A stretch of DNA of 64,000 bases from Myxococcota bacterium (GTDB lineage Bacteria > Myxococcota_A > Polyangia > Nannocystales > Nannocystaceae). The stretch spans positions 96,001 through 160,000 of the forward strand of contig JBCCHT010000019.1 of assembly GCA_039028615.1 (NCBI GenBank), given 5' to 3'. Within the stretch, counting starts at the first letter, position 1. Every line of letters begins with the position of its first letter. The translations under genes were made by a program, and so were the position numbers. Under the pieces are notes generated by a model. That model did not search any database, had not been told where the DNA came from, and saw only the letters and a program-made list of their open reading frames with translations. Below, piece by piece: positions 11,553-22,040 of this stretch.

Positions 11553-12545
11553 TCAGCGCTCGACGGTGACCGCCCACTCCTTGCCGATCTCGTTGTCCTC
11601 GACCACGATGCGCGGCTTCTTGGAGTGGTAGACCCACTGCGTCCGCCCGTACTTGTTGGTCTCGCGAGGCTCCCCGAGCTTGCTGTCGAGCATCCCGCGG
11701 ATCGAGTCCTTGGCCGTGGGATCGAGGATGTAGGCCAGATCGAAGGTGTACTTGCGGACTTTGCCCTTGTTGTCGAAGTACAAATTCACCCGCGTGGTGA
11801 ACAGCTCGAATTCGGTGGGCGGGAACGCCAGATGCTGCGACGTGGCGCTACGCTCGACCAGCACGGTAGGATAGGCCTCGCGTATCTCGTCGAGGGTGGC
11901 GCCGAGCAGCGGGTGCTCGGCCTGAAAGGCGAAATCCTCCCCGGCGGCACCCAAGAACGCCTCGGTCGGCACGTAGCTGCGGAATTCCACTCGATCGTAG
12001 GAATCGCCGTCGGAGATGTCCACGCGCACCGCGGACTCCGGCTCGAACCACAAGAAGCCCTTTTCGCCGGCCGTGCCCGTGTTGCGGATGGGCTCGCCCC
12101 AGGCCTCGGTGGCCAGCGCGGCGGCATCGAGGTCACGGGCCAAGAACCACAGCGTCTCGATGGTGCCGCGATCTTCGTCCCACTTGATGTTGTAGGTCAT
12201 GCGCAGGTCGGGGTCGCGCCCCATGTCCTTTTTGGGCGCATCGGGGACCAGGGCCTGCGCTTGCTCGAGGGTCATCCCCGGCGTCAGACCGAGGTAGGCC
12301 TCGGGTGGATTCGGCTTGTCACCGCTGAACAGTCGCTGCCCGGGCGGCACGGCGGGCGTGGCTGGCTGGGCGGCGGCGGTGGCTCCGGTCGGCACTCCCG
12401 ACTCGGGCACGGGCTGGGGCTGCTCGGAGGTCTTGCCCGCCGCGAACAGCTGCGGGATGAAGCAACCGGCGCTGGGCACCATGGCCAGGGAGAGCAAGGA
12501 GGCCGAGAGGGCGGGACGCCAAGGAAAACGCGCGGGGCGGGTCAT
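11553..12545 (-). CDS. Hypothetical lipoprotein
   Basis: Hydrophobic signal ending SAGC; repeated LG.TLE/D units. Confidence 0.75.
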   Translation of the reverse strand: MTRPARFPWRPALSASLLSLAMVPSAGCFIPQLFAAGKTSEQPQPVPESGVPTGATAAAQPATPAVPPGQRLFSGDKPNPPEAYLGLTPGMTLEQAQALVPDAPKKDMGRDPDLRMTYNIKWDEDRGTIETLWFLARDLDAAALATEAWGEPIRNTGTAGEKGFLWFEPESAVRVDISDGDSYDRVEFRSYVPTEAFLGAAGEDFAFQAEHPLLGATLDEIREAYPTVLVERSATSQHLAFPPTEFELFTTRVNLYFDNKGKVRKYTFDLAYILDPTAKDSIRGMLDSKLGEPRETNKYGRTQWVYHSKKPRIVVEDNEIGKEWAVTVER

Positions 12546-12629
12546 GGTCTTCCAAGACGCGCCTTTGCGAGCGACGAGCATCGCGGAGCGAAGAAAAGTC
12601 GAAAAAAGTGAGAACGGCCGAATCGTGGC

Positions 12630-15557
12630 TCAAATCGGGTGTTCTGCGAGCCATTCCGTGACCTCGGCGACCAAGTCCTGCTCGTCGCTGGCCTGAAAGT
12701 CGGCGAGGGCGCGCTCCGCCAAGGCCCGTGCCTGCGGCCGGTCGCGCTCGAGCCCGGCCAGCGCGATTGCCAGGACGAAGCGAGCCTGGCCCGCCCATGG
12801 CCGCGGGATGTCCTCGCGGATCCGAGGCACTGCCGCCTCGAGCGACCGCCGCGCGCCCGCCGGGTCCTCGTTTGCGAGGTAGCTCTTGGCCAGCATCACC
12901 CGCGATGCCAACGTATAGATGTGCTCGGCCCCGACCCAGGCGGTGAGGAGCCGCACCGACTCCTCGAGATCGGCGATCGCATCCTCGAAGCGCCCCTCCA
13001 GGCGGGCCACCTCCGCGCGCATCTGGAGGATCTGCTCCCGCTCGGCGAGCAGCTCGTCGTTCTGCGAGGTCAACGCGAGCCCGCGCTCGATATCCTGCTT
13101 GGCGAGATCGAAACGATCCATCCCCATCCACGCGTGAGCCCGAAACGCGAGGCTGAACACGACGCGGGGGTTGTCCTCGCCTCGCGCCTTGCCGATGACC
13201 TCGATCGCGCGACCGTGGTGCTCGGCCGCGGCTTCGTATTCGCCCAGCTCGACGAGCACCGTGCCGAGGTGATCGTGGGTCGCCGCCGCCTGTTGGGTGT
13301 CGGGCCCCTGGATCTCCAGCGCGCGCGTCAGGACCTGCCGGGCCTCCTCGAAGCGCTGCGATCCGTTGAGCGCCTCGCCCCGCAGCGACATCGCCAGACC
13401 GACCATGGGGTGCTCGGGCCCGAGCTCCGCCACGTACATGGCCTCGAGCGCGTCGATGAGCGCGAAGACCTCGTCCGTCTGTCCGTCGCGACGATGCAGC
13501 CGGGCCAGCTTGGCCAGCGCATCGGCCTGCCCGAGGACGTCGTCGAGCTGTTCGTAGCGCTGCCGGGCCCGCTGATACGCCGCGAGGGCCTCGGTCCGCT
13601 CACCGCTCTTGAAGGCCACGTCACCGCGCACCATGTCGAGCTTGGCCGCCAGCTCGTCGTCGCCTCCGAACGCATCGAGCTCGGCCTGAGCCAGGCGTAC
13701 CGTCATCGCCGCTCGCTGCTGCTGTCGCGCCACCAGCTCGCGGAGCTTGGCCACCCGCGTCCACGCCCGCACCGCGCCGTGCCGATAGCCCGCTTCGGTG
13801 GCGAGCAGGGCCGCGTCCTCGTATTCGCGCAGCGCGGTCTGGCTCTGCCCCTGCTCGTGATGCACCTGCGCCAGCAGCAGCAAGGCCTCGACGATCGCGG
13901 GGCGGTGACCCAAGGCCCGGGCACGCTCCACCGCGGCCGTCACGGCTTCGGCCGCGTCCGCGGCCTGACCGGCGCGACTGAGCGCGCGGGGCTGGACCAG
14001 GTCGTCGAGAATGGCCTCGGCTTCCGCCCGTGCCTCGCCGTCGGGGAGCAGCGCCGCCCAGTGCCCCTGCATGCCCTCGGCCGTGCACGACTCGGGGCGC
14101 GGCAGGCTCAGGGTCATGCGCGCCGCTTCATCGGCCACCGCTCCATCGGCATTCGCCAGGGTCTCGAGCAACGCCTCCACGTCTCGCCGGTTGCGGCGCA
14201 GACAGGCGAGGGCATCGTCGGTGGTGGCGCTGGGCAGCGATGCACCACAGGCTTGCGCTCGCAGCTCCGACCAGCGCGTGGCGTGCCCATCGATCGCCTC
14301 GTGCACAAGGGTGACCGTGCGCGCGGCGTGAGCCCGACCGGAGTCGTTCAAGCGCTGAGCGACCTGCTGCTGCCGGGCGTCGCTCCACAGGTCGTCCAGG
14401 TTCTCGGGCATCTCGTCGCAAGGGGTCGCGACCGCGGCCGGTTCCTCCCAGCGGTGGGCCAGCGCCCCGCCGGCCGCCAACCCGAGCAGCAGCAACATCG
14501 GCCCGAGCCACGCTCCCGTGCGCCGCGGCTCCAGCTCGCGAAGCAAGGTCGGCATGTCGGGGAAGCGAGCCTCGGGCTCGGCGCTCAATCCCCGCCGCAG
14601 CACCCTCCGCACCCGCGCCGAGGTTCGAGCGTTGCTGCCCCGCTCGACCTGGCCCTGCTCGATGGCGTCGCGCAGCGAGTCGATGTCATGCCCGAGGAAG
14701 GGGCGCACGCCGAACAGCGCCTCGTGCAGCGCGACACAAAACGCGAACTGATCCGAGCGGGCATCGGCCGCCTTGCCTCGCAGCTGCTCCGGGGCCATGT
14801 ACGCGGGCGTGCCTACCAGGGTCCCGGTGGCCGTGCCGTCCGTCACCGAGCCCACCAAGCCCGTAGCCGGCGTCGGCAGCTCGGTCTCGGTCATGCGCGC
14901 CAGGCCGAAGTCCATCACTCGAACCCGACCGTCGTCGCCCATCATCACGTTGGCGGGCTTGAAGTCGCGGTGCACCAGGCCGTGCTCGTGGGCGGCGGCC
15001 AGGCCCCGGCCCGCCGCCGCGAAGGCCTGCACGATGGCGGCCGGGCTGCGCGGGGTCTGCCGCAGCCACTGCGTCAGCGTGCCCCCCGGCACCAGCTCCA
15101 TCGCGATGAACACCTCGTCGCGATGGGTGCCCACGTCGTGAATGGCCACCACATTGGGATGGGAGATCGACGCCAGCGCCCGCGCCTCGCGGACCAGGCG
15201 AGCGCGCCAGCCCTCCGGGTCGCTCGCGGCCCGACGCGGCTGCAGCAGCTTGAGCGCGAGCCGACGATCGAGCTCTGGATCGTAGGCGGCATAGACCACG
15301 CCCACCGCCCCCTGCCCCAGCGGCTCGAGCACCAGATAGCGTCCGATCTCGGCCCCCCGCGGCAGCTCGGTGCCCGGCGACTGTGGCCCCGTCGCCGTGG
15401 GGCTCGGCCCCGGCGAGAACGCCCGCACGAGGTGCGAGACCGTCTCCTGGCACGCCGAGCAGGCCTGGCAGTGGTCCTGAACCGACTCGCGCTCGGCGGG
15501 CGGCAGCTCGCGGGCAACGAAGGCCGCGATCGTCTCTTCGTCGGGACAGGACGCCAT
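12630..15557 (-). CDS. Ser/Thr protein kinase with N-terminal zf-HC2-like zinc motif, TM segment and TPRs
   Basis: CPDEE..HCQACSAC; GQGAVGVVY, HRDFKPAN, DFGLA, GTPAYMAPE. Confidence 0.93.
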   Translation of the reverse strand: MASCPDEETIAAFVARELPPAERESVQDHCQACSACQETVSHLVRAFSPGPSPTATGPQSPGTELPRGAEIGRYLVLEPLGQGAVGVVYAAYDPELDRRLALKLLQPRRAASDPEGWRARLVREARALASISHPNVVAIHDVGTHRDEVFIAMELVPGGTLTQWLRQTPRSPAAIVQAFAAAGRGLAAAHEHGLVHRDFKPANVMMGDDGRVRVMDFGLARMTETELPTPATGLVGSVTDGTATGTLVGTPAYMAPEQLRGKAADARSDQFAFCVALHEALFGVRPFLGHDIDSLRDAIEQGQVERGSNARTSARVRRVLRRGLSAEPEARFPDMPTLLRELEPRRTGAWLGPMLLLLGLAAGGALAHRWEEPAAVATPCDEMPENLDDLWSDARQQQVAQRLNDSGRAHAARTVTLVHEAIDGHATRWSELRAQACGASLPSATTDDALACLRRNRRDVEALLETLANADGAVADEAARMTLSLPRPESCTAEGMQGHWAALLPDGEARAEAEAILDDLVQPRALSRAGQAADAAEAVTAAVERARALGHRPAIVEALLLLAQVHHEQGQSQTALREYEDAALLATEAGYRHGAVRAWTRVAKLRELVARQQQRAAMTVRLAQAELDAFGGDDELAAKLDMVRGDVAFKSGERTEALAAYQRARQRYEQLDDVLGQADALAKLARLHRRDGQTDEVFALIDALEAMYVAELGPEHPMVGLAMSLRGEALNGSQRFEEARQVLTRALEIQGPDTQQAAATHDHLGTVLVELGEYEAAAEHHGRAIEVIGKARGEDNPRVVFSLAFRAHAWMGMDRFDLAKQDIERGLALTSQNDELLAEREQILQMRAEVARLEGRFEDAIADLEESVRLLTAWVGAEHIYTLASRVMLAKSYLANEDPAGARRSLEAAVPRIREDIPRPWAGQARFVLAIALAGLERDRPQARALAERALADFQASDEQDLVAEVTEWLAEHPI

Positions 15558-15697
15558 GGGGGTGACCCCTAAAGCCAAGCAGAACGGCGAGCGTCCGGCC
15601 AGGGCGGCGCGAAAGATGGTGTCCCGAGGCCGCTGGCACCGCGTTCATCGGGGCCCGATCGTCGTCGGCGGCCGGGGAGTGTTAGGCTCCGCGACGC

Positions 15698-18097
15698 GTG
15701 AGCGCCGACCCGCCCCCGATGGCCAACTCGCCGGTGCCGGATGAGGCCGGGCCGGTCTCGCTGCGGCGTCTCGCCCACGCGTTCCCTCGCGCCATCGCCA
15801 CGGTGTGGCTGGCCGCGATCGTGGTCCTGCTCGCGCGGCTGCTCGGCGACCCCGGGCTGGAGGTCTCGGGACAGCGACAGGGCCTGCTGCCGGTCGACGA
15901 TAGGGCCCCCGAGGACGAGCCGCTGCTGCTGCTGACCCTCGCGGAGGACACGCTCGACCCCAACCGAGAAAACTCCGATCGGCTCCGGGCCGCGGCGGCA
16001 GCCATAGCCGAGCGCCTGGGCCCGCGCCGCGCTCCGCTGGGACCGCCCGCCGCCGAGCTGACGGCCTGGCTCGACGCCCACGCGCTGTACCTGCTGCCGG
16101 TCGAGGCCCACGACGCCCTGAAGCAGCGCCTCGACGACGCCGCGATGGCCCGCGCCATCGACGAGCTGCAGGCGCGGCTGTCCTCGCCGATCTACGGCGT
16201 GAGCGGGGAAGAGCCGCGTCGCGATCCCTTGCGACTCCAAGAGCTGGCCCAGGCCCACGCGGGGCGGCTCACCCACCTGGGCAACATCGAGGACATGCCG
16301 GCCGAGCTGACGGCCGCGGGTGACTTGCTCGCGCTCGATGGCCAGGCCTTGTTGATGAAGCTGCGGACCGACGACGAGCCGGACGCGCTGCACAAAGAGA
16401 TCGATGCGGTCGCCCAGGGGCACGGCGTCGAGGCGACGCTGGTCGGTCCCGGACCCCAGCGCCATCGCGAGCAAGTCGCCCTGCGACAGCGCTCGAGTCG
16501 GCTGCTCAGTGTGGGCCTCGCGGGGCTGGTGCTGGTGCTCAGCCTCGCCTTGCGATCGATCCGCCCCGTGCTGGCGATCGTGGCCGCGCTGCTGTCGGCG
16601 CTGGCGGGCCTGCTCGTGTTCGGCCCTGCCCTCGACCCGCTGGGTGCCCCGATGCTGGTGCTGCTGCTCGGCTTCGGCTGCGAGGGCGCGATGCACCTGT
16701 CGCGCATCTCTCCCCGAGGCTGGCCCGCCGCCGCCGTGCTCGGCACCGCACTGCTCCCTCTTTCGCTGTCGCCCTACCCCACGTGGCAACAGTGGTCGAT
16801 TCAATGGTTGGTGGGCCTGGCGGTGATCGTGCTGCTGCTGCGGGTGGTCGTGCCCGCCGCGCTGATCCTGCTGCGCTCGATCCCCTCGCCCGCCCGTCGC
16901 GGGTTTCGGCTCCGCCCCCTGCGTCCGCTGGCGGTGTTGATGACCGTCGCCGCGCTGGCCGGGGGTGCCTGGGCCGTCCCTCGCCTGCCCTTCGCCGCCA
17001 TCGATGAGCCGGGCGCGGAGACCGACGCAGCCAAGCAGGTCCGGGAGGATTTCTTCGACCCCCGGCTGGTGGTGCGGGCTCGCTCGCACGGCGACGGCGA
17101 TGCCGACACGCTCGAGCGGGCGGCCGAGCATGCCCGCCGCCTCGCGACCCTGGTGCCGGTCGATGCGGCGCGGGTCGACTCGCCGGGGCGCCTGGTGCTC
17201 CCGCCGGGTGAGCTGAACTCTCGCAAGCAATCGCTGGTGCAGATGAAGCTGGCCGAGCGCATGGAGGTCCTGCGCGAGCAGCTCACCGCGCGGGGATTCC
17301 GGGCCGATGCCTTCGGCGAGTTCCTCCGGGGCGCGGCCGACCTCGACGAGCTCCCCACGCCGCGCGCCGCCCTGGACGGGCCGCTGGGCGCGTGGATCGA
17401 CGGCTACCTCCAAGACGACGGCAAGACCCTCGTCACTCGGGTGCACCTGCACCCCGACTCGGGCACCGCCGTGCCCCGGCTGGAGGGCGACGATGGCGAT
17501 CAGCTCGTGCTGGCCGGACCCGCAGTGGCGGCTCGTCGCGATCGCCAGGGCTTCGCCGATTGGCTCGGCATCTACGTCGCCGGTCAGCTGTGGCTGGGGG
17601 CACTGGCGGTGTGGCTGTCGACCCGCCGCCTCGCCGCCGCCCTGGCCTGCGGGGTCGCCTCGCTCGCCGCCCAGACAGGGGTGCTCGCGATCATGGTGCC
17701 GATGGGCGCCAGCCTCGGTCCCACGCTGTTGCCCGCCCTGCTGCTCGTCGGTGCCGCCGCGATGGTGGCCGGCGCCCGGGCGTGCCGCGCCGTCACGCAC
17801 GACGAGCGCTTCTATGCCAAGGGCGTGCTGATGTCGGGGCTGTGCCAGGCCGTCGCCGGGCTGACCCTGCTCGCCACCGACGACCCGCAGTGGAACGCGG
17901 TGGGGGCCGTCGTCGCGGTGGGAGCCGTGCTCGCCTCGGGGGCGGGCCTGTTCATCGCTCCCGGCATGATGCGCATCTTCGGCAGCCAAGCGCCCGCGCC
18001 CGCGCCCACCGATCGCGCTCCCGAGTCCTCTGCACAGCCCCCCGAGCCCCCTGCCGAACCCGGCGACGAGCCGCCGACCCCCGAGGACGACGCATGA
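15698..18097 (+). CDS. MMPL/RND-like membrane exporter
   Basis: Two blocks of multiple TM helices separated by soluble loops containing 'RRDPLRL'; overlaps the LolA-like gene; start may be 15719. Confidence 0.7.
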   Translation: MSADPPPMANSPVPDEAGPVSLRRLAHAFPRAIATVWLAAIVVLLARLLGDPGLEVSGQRQGLLPVDDRAPEDEPLLLLTLAEDTLDPNRENSDRLRAAAAAIAERLGPRRAPLGPPAAELTAWLDAHALYLLPVEAHDALKQRLDDAAMARAIDELQARLSSPIYGVSGEEPRRDPLRLQELAQAHAGRLTHLGNIEDMPAELTAAGDLLALDGQALLMKLRTDDEPDALHKEIDAVAQGHGVEATLVGPGPQRHREQVALRQRSSRLLSVGLAGLVLVLSLALRSIRPVLAIVAALLSALAGLLVFGPALDPLGAPMLVLLLGFGCEGAMHLSRISPRGWPAAAVLGTALLPLSLSPYPTWQQWSIQWLVGLAVIVLLLRVVVPAALILLRSIPSPARRGFRLRPLRPLAVLMTVAALAGGAWAVPRLPFAAIDEPGAETDAAKQVREDFFDPRLVVRARSHGDGDADTLERAAEHARRLATLVPVDAARVDSPGRLVLPPGELNSRKQSLVQMKLAERMEVLREQLTARGFRADAFGEFLRGAADLDELPTPRAALDGPLGAWIDGYLQDDGKTLVTRVHLHPDSGTAVPRLEGDDGDQLVLAGPAVAARRDRQGFADWLGIYVAGQLWLGALAVWLSTRRLAAALACGVASLAAQTGVLAIMVPMGASLGPTLLPALLLVGAAAMVAGARACRAVTHDERFYAKGVLMSGLCQAVAGLTLLATDDPQWNAVGAVVAVGAVLASGAGLFIAPGMMRIFGSQAPAPAPTDRAPESSAQPPEPPAEPGDEPPTPEDDA

Positions 18098-18762
18098 TCG
18101 GTCGACGCCCGCTACTGCTCGGTCTGAGCGCCCTCGCGCTGCCCCGCATCGCCCTTGCCGGGCCCTCCGCCCAGGAGCGCAAGCTCGCCAATCGGCTCGA
18201 GCTGTGGGGCAACTACGCCCGACGCACCCGCAACCTGATGGCGCGGCTCGGCACGCGGCGCGAGACCTCGCTGCTCGAGGAACCACTGCTGAGCACGGGC
18301 ACGCTCGTGTTTCGGGCGCCCGACTTGTTGGTGCTGCGCGAGGACGGTCGCCAGGGCTCCACCACCCTCATCGACGGGGCCTCGATCCGACTGTTCCTCA
18401 ACGGCGCGGGCCAGCACGACCCCGCGGCCATCGACGCCGACCAGCGTCCTGCCGCGCGCTGGCTGGCCCAGCGCCTGGTCCGTCTCTTCGCGCCCGGGGA
18501 CGGCACCGCCCTACTCGAAGAGACCCGCCCCAACGTGCCCAAGGGTCGCGGCTATCGCCTCGAGCTGTTGCCTCCGCGAGGCTCGACCACCCGCCGACAG
18601 ATTCGCAGCCTCGGCGTCCAGTTCGACCCCGTCGCCGGGTCGATCACGCAGATCACCATCGCCGAAGCCCAGGGCGACCGCGTCGTCATGAGCCTGAGCG
18701 ACACGCGGCAGAACCTGCCGGACGAAGACATCGACGCCTTCTTGGCGCAGCTCGATCCCTGA
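18094..18762 (+). CDS. LolA-like periplasmic lipid/lipoprotein carrier
   Basis: Signal peptide; 'SLLEEPLLSTGTLVFRAPD', 'LELLP', 'ITIAEAQGDRVVM'; ATGA overlap with upstream gene. Confidence 0.75.
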   Translation: MIGRRPLLLGLSALALPRIALAGPSAQERKLANRLELWGNYARRTRNLMARLGTRRETSLLEEPLLSTGTLVFRAPDLLVLREDGRQGSTTLIDGASIRLFLNGAGQHDPAAIDADQRPAARWLAQRLVRLFAPGDGTALLEETRPNVPKGRGYRLELLPPRGSTTRRQIRSLGVQFDPVAGSITQITIAEAQGDRVVMSLSDTRQNLPDEDIDAFLAQLDP

Positions 18763-18769
18763 GCGCGGC

Positions 18770-19198
18770 TCAGCCCGCGTCGCGGTGGTCGGGCTCGACG
18801 TCCGCCGCCTGCTCACCGGGCGTAGGCGCGCGGGCGGGGCGGGACGGCGACACGTGCTCGCCTCGCGCCACTCGCCGGATCTCGTGTCGCCCCGCCCGCA
18901 GCGCCTTCGCCAGATAGGCGCACGCGAGCTCGGGGCGCGCATGCTCGCCGCACGAGAACACGTCGGCCGCCGCGTAGTTCAGCTCCGGCCACGTATGCAC
19001 CGAGATATGGGACTCGGCGAGCAGGCCCAGGGCGGTCACCCCCTGGGGCTCGAAGCGATGGGCGGTCTCGCCCAACAACGTCGAGCGCGCGACCTCGGCC
19101 GCCTGACGCAATGCCGCCTGCACTCGCTCCAGGTCATCGATGACCTCGGAAGGGCAGTCGTACATGTCGAGGATGTAGTGGGAGCCGATCGCGACCAT
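18770..19198 (-). CDS. speD: S-adenosylmethionine decarboxylase proenzyme
   Basis: HRFEPQGVT, LLAESHISVHTWPE (E-S cleavage site), DVFSCG. Confidence 0.93.
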   Translation of the reverse strand: MVAIGSHYILDMYDCPSEVIDDLERVQAALRQAAEVARSTLLGETAHRFEPQGVTALGLLAESHISVHTWPELNYAAADVFSCGEHARPELACAYLAKALRAGRHEIRRVARGEHVSPSRPARAPTPGEQAADVEPDHRDAG

Positions 19199-19279
19199 CG
19201 CGCAAGACACGCAACATAGGAGACCCCCCGCGCTTGCGCAAGCGACCGCGGCGGCGTCCGTGCGACACTGCCCTCACTC

Positions 19280-20755
19280 ATGGATGCACTGCGGGGTTCG
19301 ACTTGGACTGGGATCTGGGCGCTGGCGCTGACGACCGTCACCGCCGGTTGTGGCGACGACGGCAGCGGTGACGACGGGGCCGAACCCACCTCGACCACCA
19401 TGCTGAGCGACACGACGGTCACCCCCGCGAGCGACAGCGGCGACGACCCGACCACCAGCCCGACCCCCGCCACCGACAGCTCTGGGGACGGGACGCCGGG
19501 CGACAGCGGCACCGAGACCGGCGAAGACACCGACGACCCCACGACCGGCGGCGGGGCGATGTGCGGCAATGGAATGACCGACCCCGGCGAGGCCTGCGAC
19601 GACGGCAACGGCACCGATGCCGACGGCTGCAACCAGGACTGCACCGTGTCGGGCTCCGTGCTGTGGTCGCACAACCAGTCCAGCGCCGTGGGGCAGAACG
19701 ATCGGGGCTTCGCCGTCGCCGTCGACGACGATGGCCAGGCCTACGTGGGCGGCGACTTCCACAACGCCACCAACCTCGACTTCTGGGTGCGGCAGTACAC
19801 CGACGAAGACGCGCTGGGCTGGACCTACCAGAGCTCGGCGGGCATCGGGAACGACGCCGCCCGCGGCGCGCTGGTCGACGGCGACACCCTCTACGTCGCC
19901 GGCTTCCGCAACATCACCGGCCAGGGCAACAACGTGTGGCTGCGGAGCTTCGGCCTCGACGGCAGCCCCGGCCTCGACATCTCCTACAACGCGCCGTCCA
20001 ACAGCAACGACGTCGCGCTCGACCTGGCCCTCACCCCGACCGGCAACCTCATCGTCGCGGGCTACGAGACCAACAACATCTCCATGACCGGTCGCAACGG
20101 CTGGGTCCGCGAGTACACCCCGGCCGGCAGCGCGGGCTGGACCGCCACCTACAACGGCCCGAGCAACTCCACCGACCAGGTCAACGCGGTCGCGGTGGAC
20201 TCCATGGGCAACGTCGCCGTCACCGGGTACCAGACCGTCGGCTCGCAGCAGGACATCTGGGTCCGCGTCTACGACCCGGCCGGCGCCCCCGTGTGGACGA
20301 CGACCTACGAGGGAGTCGAGGGGCTCAACGACCAGGGCACGGGCATTGCCTTCGACGCCGCCGACAACGTCGTGGTCGTCGGATGGGAAGGCGCCACCGC
20401 CATCCCCTGGCGCCTGTTCTTCCGCAAGTACGACCCCATGGGCATGGAGCTGTGGACCCAGACCTGGGACGGCGAGACGGCCGAGGGCATGAACGCCCAA
20501 GACGTCGCCATCGACGGTGCCGACGACATCGTCGTGGTGGGTCAGCAGCGGGTCGGCGAGTTTGGAGAGATGGTCGTGCGCAAGTACGACACCAACGGCA
20601 CGCCGCGCTGGACGACCGGCATCGATGGTGCCGCCGATGCCAGTGATGTCGCCCGATCGGTCGCGATCGGCCCGGTCAACCGCATCTGGATCTCCGGCGA
20701 CATCGACCTGGGCGTCGACGGCAGCGACGTCTACGTGGCCCGCATCGCACCTTGA
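19280..20755 (+). CDS. Lipoprotein with myxobacterial Cys-rich repeat and beta-propeller
   Basis: TAGC lipobox, Thr/Asp/Ser linker, CGNG..GEACDDGN..DGC repeat, repeated 'AVD..GN..V.G..WVR.Y' blades. Confidence 0.85.
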   Translation: MDALRGSTWTGIWALALTTVTAGCGDDGSGDDGAEPTSTTMLSDTTVTPASDSGDDPTTSPTPATDSSGDGTPGDSGTETGEDTDDPTTGGGAMCGNGMTDPGEACDDGNGTDADGCNQDCTVSGSVLWSHNQSSAVGQNDRGFAVAVDDDGQAYVGGDFHNATNLDFWVRQYTDEDALGWTYQSSAGIGNDAARGALVDGDTLYVAGFRNITGQGNNVWLRSFGLDGSPGLDISYNAPSNSNDVALDLALTPTGNLIVAGYETNNISMTGRNGWVREYTPAGSAGWTATYNGPSNSTDQVNAVAVDSMGNVAVTGYQTVGSQQDIWVRVYDPAGAPVWTTTYEGVEGLNDQGTGIAFDAADNVVVVGWEGATAIPWRLFFRKYDPMGMELWTQTWDGETAEGMNAQDVAIDGADDIVVVGQQRVGEFGEMVVRKYDTNGTPRWTTGIDGAADASDVARSVAIGPVNRIWISGDIDLGVDGSDVYVARIAP

Positions 20756-20796
20756 TCTGCCCGCCCCGCCGCGGCCTGGGCTAGGCTGGGCGAGTG

Positions 20797-21834
20797 ATGC
20801 CGAGCGTGAAACTGACGGGATTCGCGGCGTGCCTGCTGCTCGCCGCCTGCGGCGACTCGACGGGAGGAGACGGCGGCGCGGCCCCGGCCTCCACCGGCCA
20901 GCCGAGCGCAGCCACCAGCGAGGACCCCCCGGCCACCAGCGCCGCCACCAGCTCGACTCCCACGGAGGAGCCGGCCACCAGCGGACCCGGCGAGACGGAC
21001 GAGCCACCCGAGACCACCGACGCCGCCGATTCCTCGGGCGGCGACGATGGGCCGATGCCCAGCGCAGGCTGTGGCAACGCCCGGCCGCCCAACGGCTCGC
21101 TGCAGATGCAGGTGCAGGGCCAGACCGGCGAGTACATCGTCTCGCTGCCGCCCGACTACGACCCGCAGGCCCCCTACCCGCTCGGCTTCGCCTTCCACGG
21201 CCGCAACCGCACCGGGCCCAACTGCATGGGGGGCGACTGCGCCGGCTTCCAGAGCACGATGAGCAACGACGCCGTGCTCGTGTACATGACCTCGATGGGC
21301 GGCACGGGCTGGGAGGGCCAGGGCGAGCGCGAGCTCAACGTGGAGTTCTTCGAGCTCGTGCTCGAGCAGATCACATCGGAGACCTGCATCGACGAGTCGA
21401 CGATGTTCAGCGCGGGCACCAGCTCGGGCGCTCACTTCACCAACATCCTGGGCTGTCGCTTCGGCGACCGCTTGATCGCCATCTCCCCCGTGGCCGGGGT
21501 GCTGCCCGAGGGAGATGGCTGTGTCGGTCGCTCGGCGGCGCTGGTGATCCACGGCTACGCCGACCCGCACGTCGTACCGGAAAACGGCGCCACGGCCCGC
21601 GACTTCTGGCGCGAGCGCAACGGGTGCAGCACGGAGACGGACGTGCCCATCTCCGAGGTGCACGACTCCGTGGCCAACAACCCGGAGACGCATGCGTGCG
21701 CCACCTATCTCGACTGTGACCCCGGCCTCCCCGTGGTGTGGTGCGAGCACAGCGAAGGTGGATACGACGGCAGTACCCACGGCTGGCCGCTCTTCGCCGG
21801 CGAGGCGATCTGGGACTTCGTACAGGCGCTATAG
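20797..21834 (+). CDS. Alpha/beta-hydrolase lipoprotein (feruloyl esterase/PHB depolymerase-like)
   Basis: LAAC lipobox, FAFHG, CID..GTSSGA nucleophile, IHGYADP, HGWP. Confidence 0.85.
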   Translation: MPSVKLTGFAACLLLAACGDSTGGDGGAAPASTGQPSAATSEDPPATSAATSSTPTEEPATSGPGETDEPPETTDAADSSGGDDGPMPSAGCGNARPPNGSLQMQVQGQTGEYIVSLPPDYDPQAPYPLGFAFHGRNRTGPNCMGGDCAGFQSTMSNDAVLVYMTSMGGTGWEGQGERELNVEFFELVLEQITSETCIDESTMFSAGTSSGAHFTNILGCRFGDRLIAISPVAGVLPEGDGCVGRSAALVIHGYADPHVVPENGATARDFWRERNGCSTETDVPISEVHDSVANNPETHACATYLDCDPGLPVVWCEHSEGGYDGSTHGWPLFAGEAIWDFVQAL

Positions 21835-22040
21835 CTACCGGCTAACGGCAGCGCACGGAGGCTCCTGGCTCCGACCGGCCCGAACACGCAACGGTCTAAA
21901 GTGTTCGAACCGGCCGGAGCCCTCTCGTTTCGTGGCCGTGCCGTGCGAAGCGGACGAGACCTCGAGCCCGACGCGGAGCTTTTCGCGCGAATCGGGAGAC
22001 GCGGCTCCTCAGGCGTCGGCTCGAGCGTCTCGTGCTTCGC

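Noticed and set aside
19231..19244. Perfect 14-bp palindrome CGCTTGCGCAAGCG between divergent genes
   Set aside because: Single GC-rich occurrence with no regulator to link it to; may be chance
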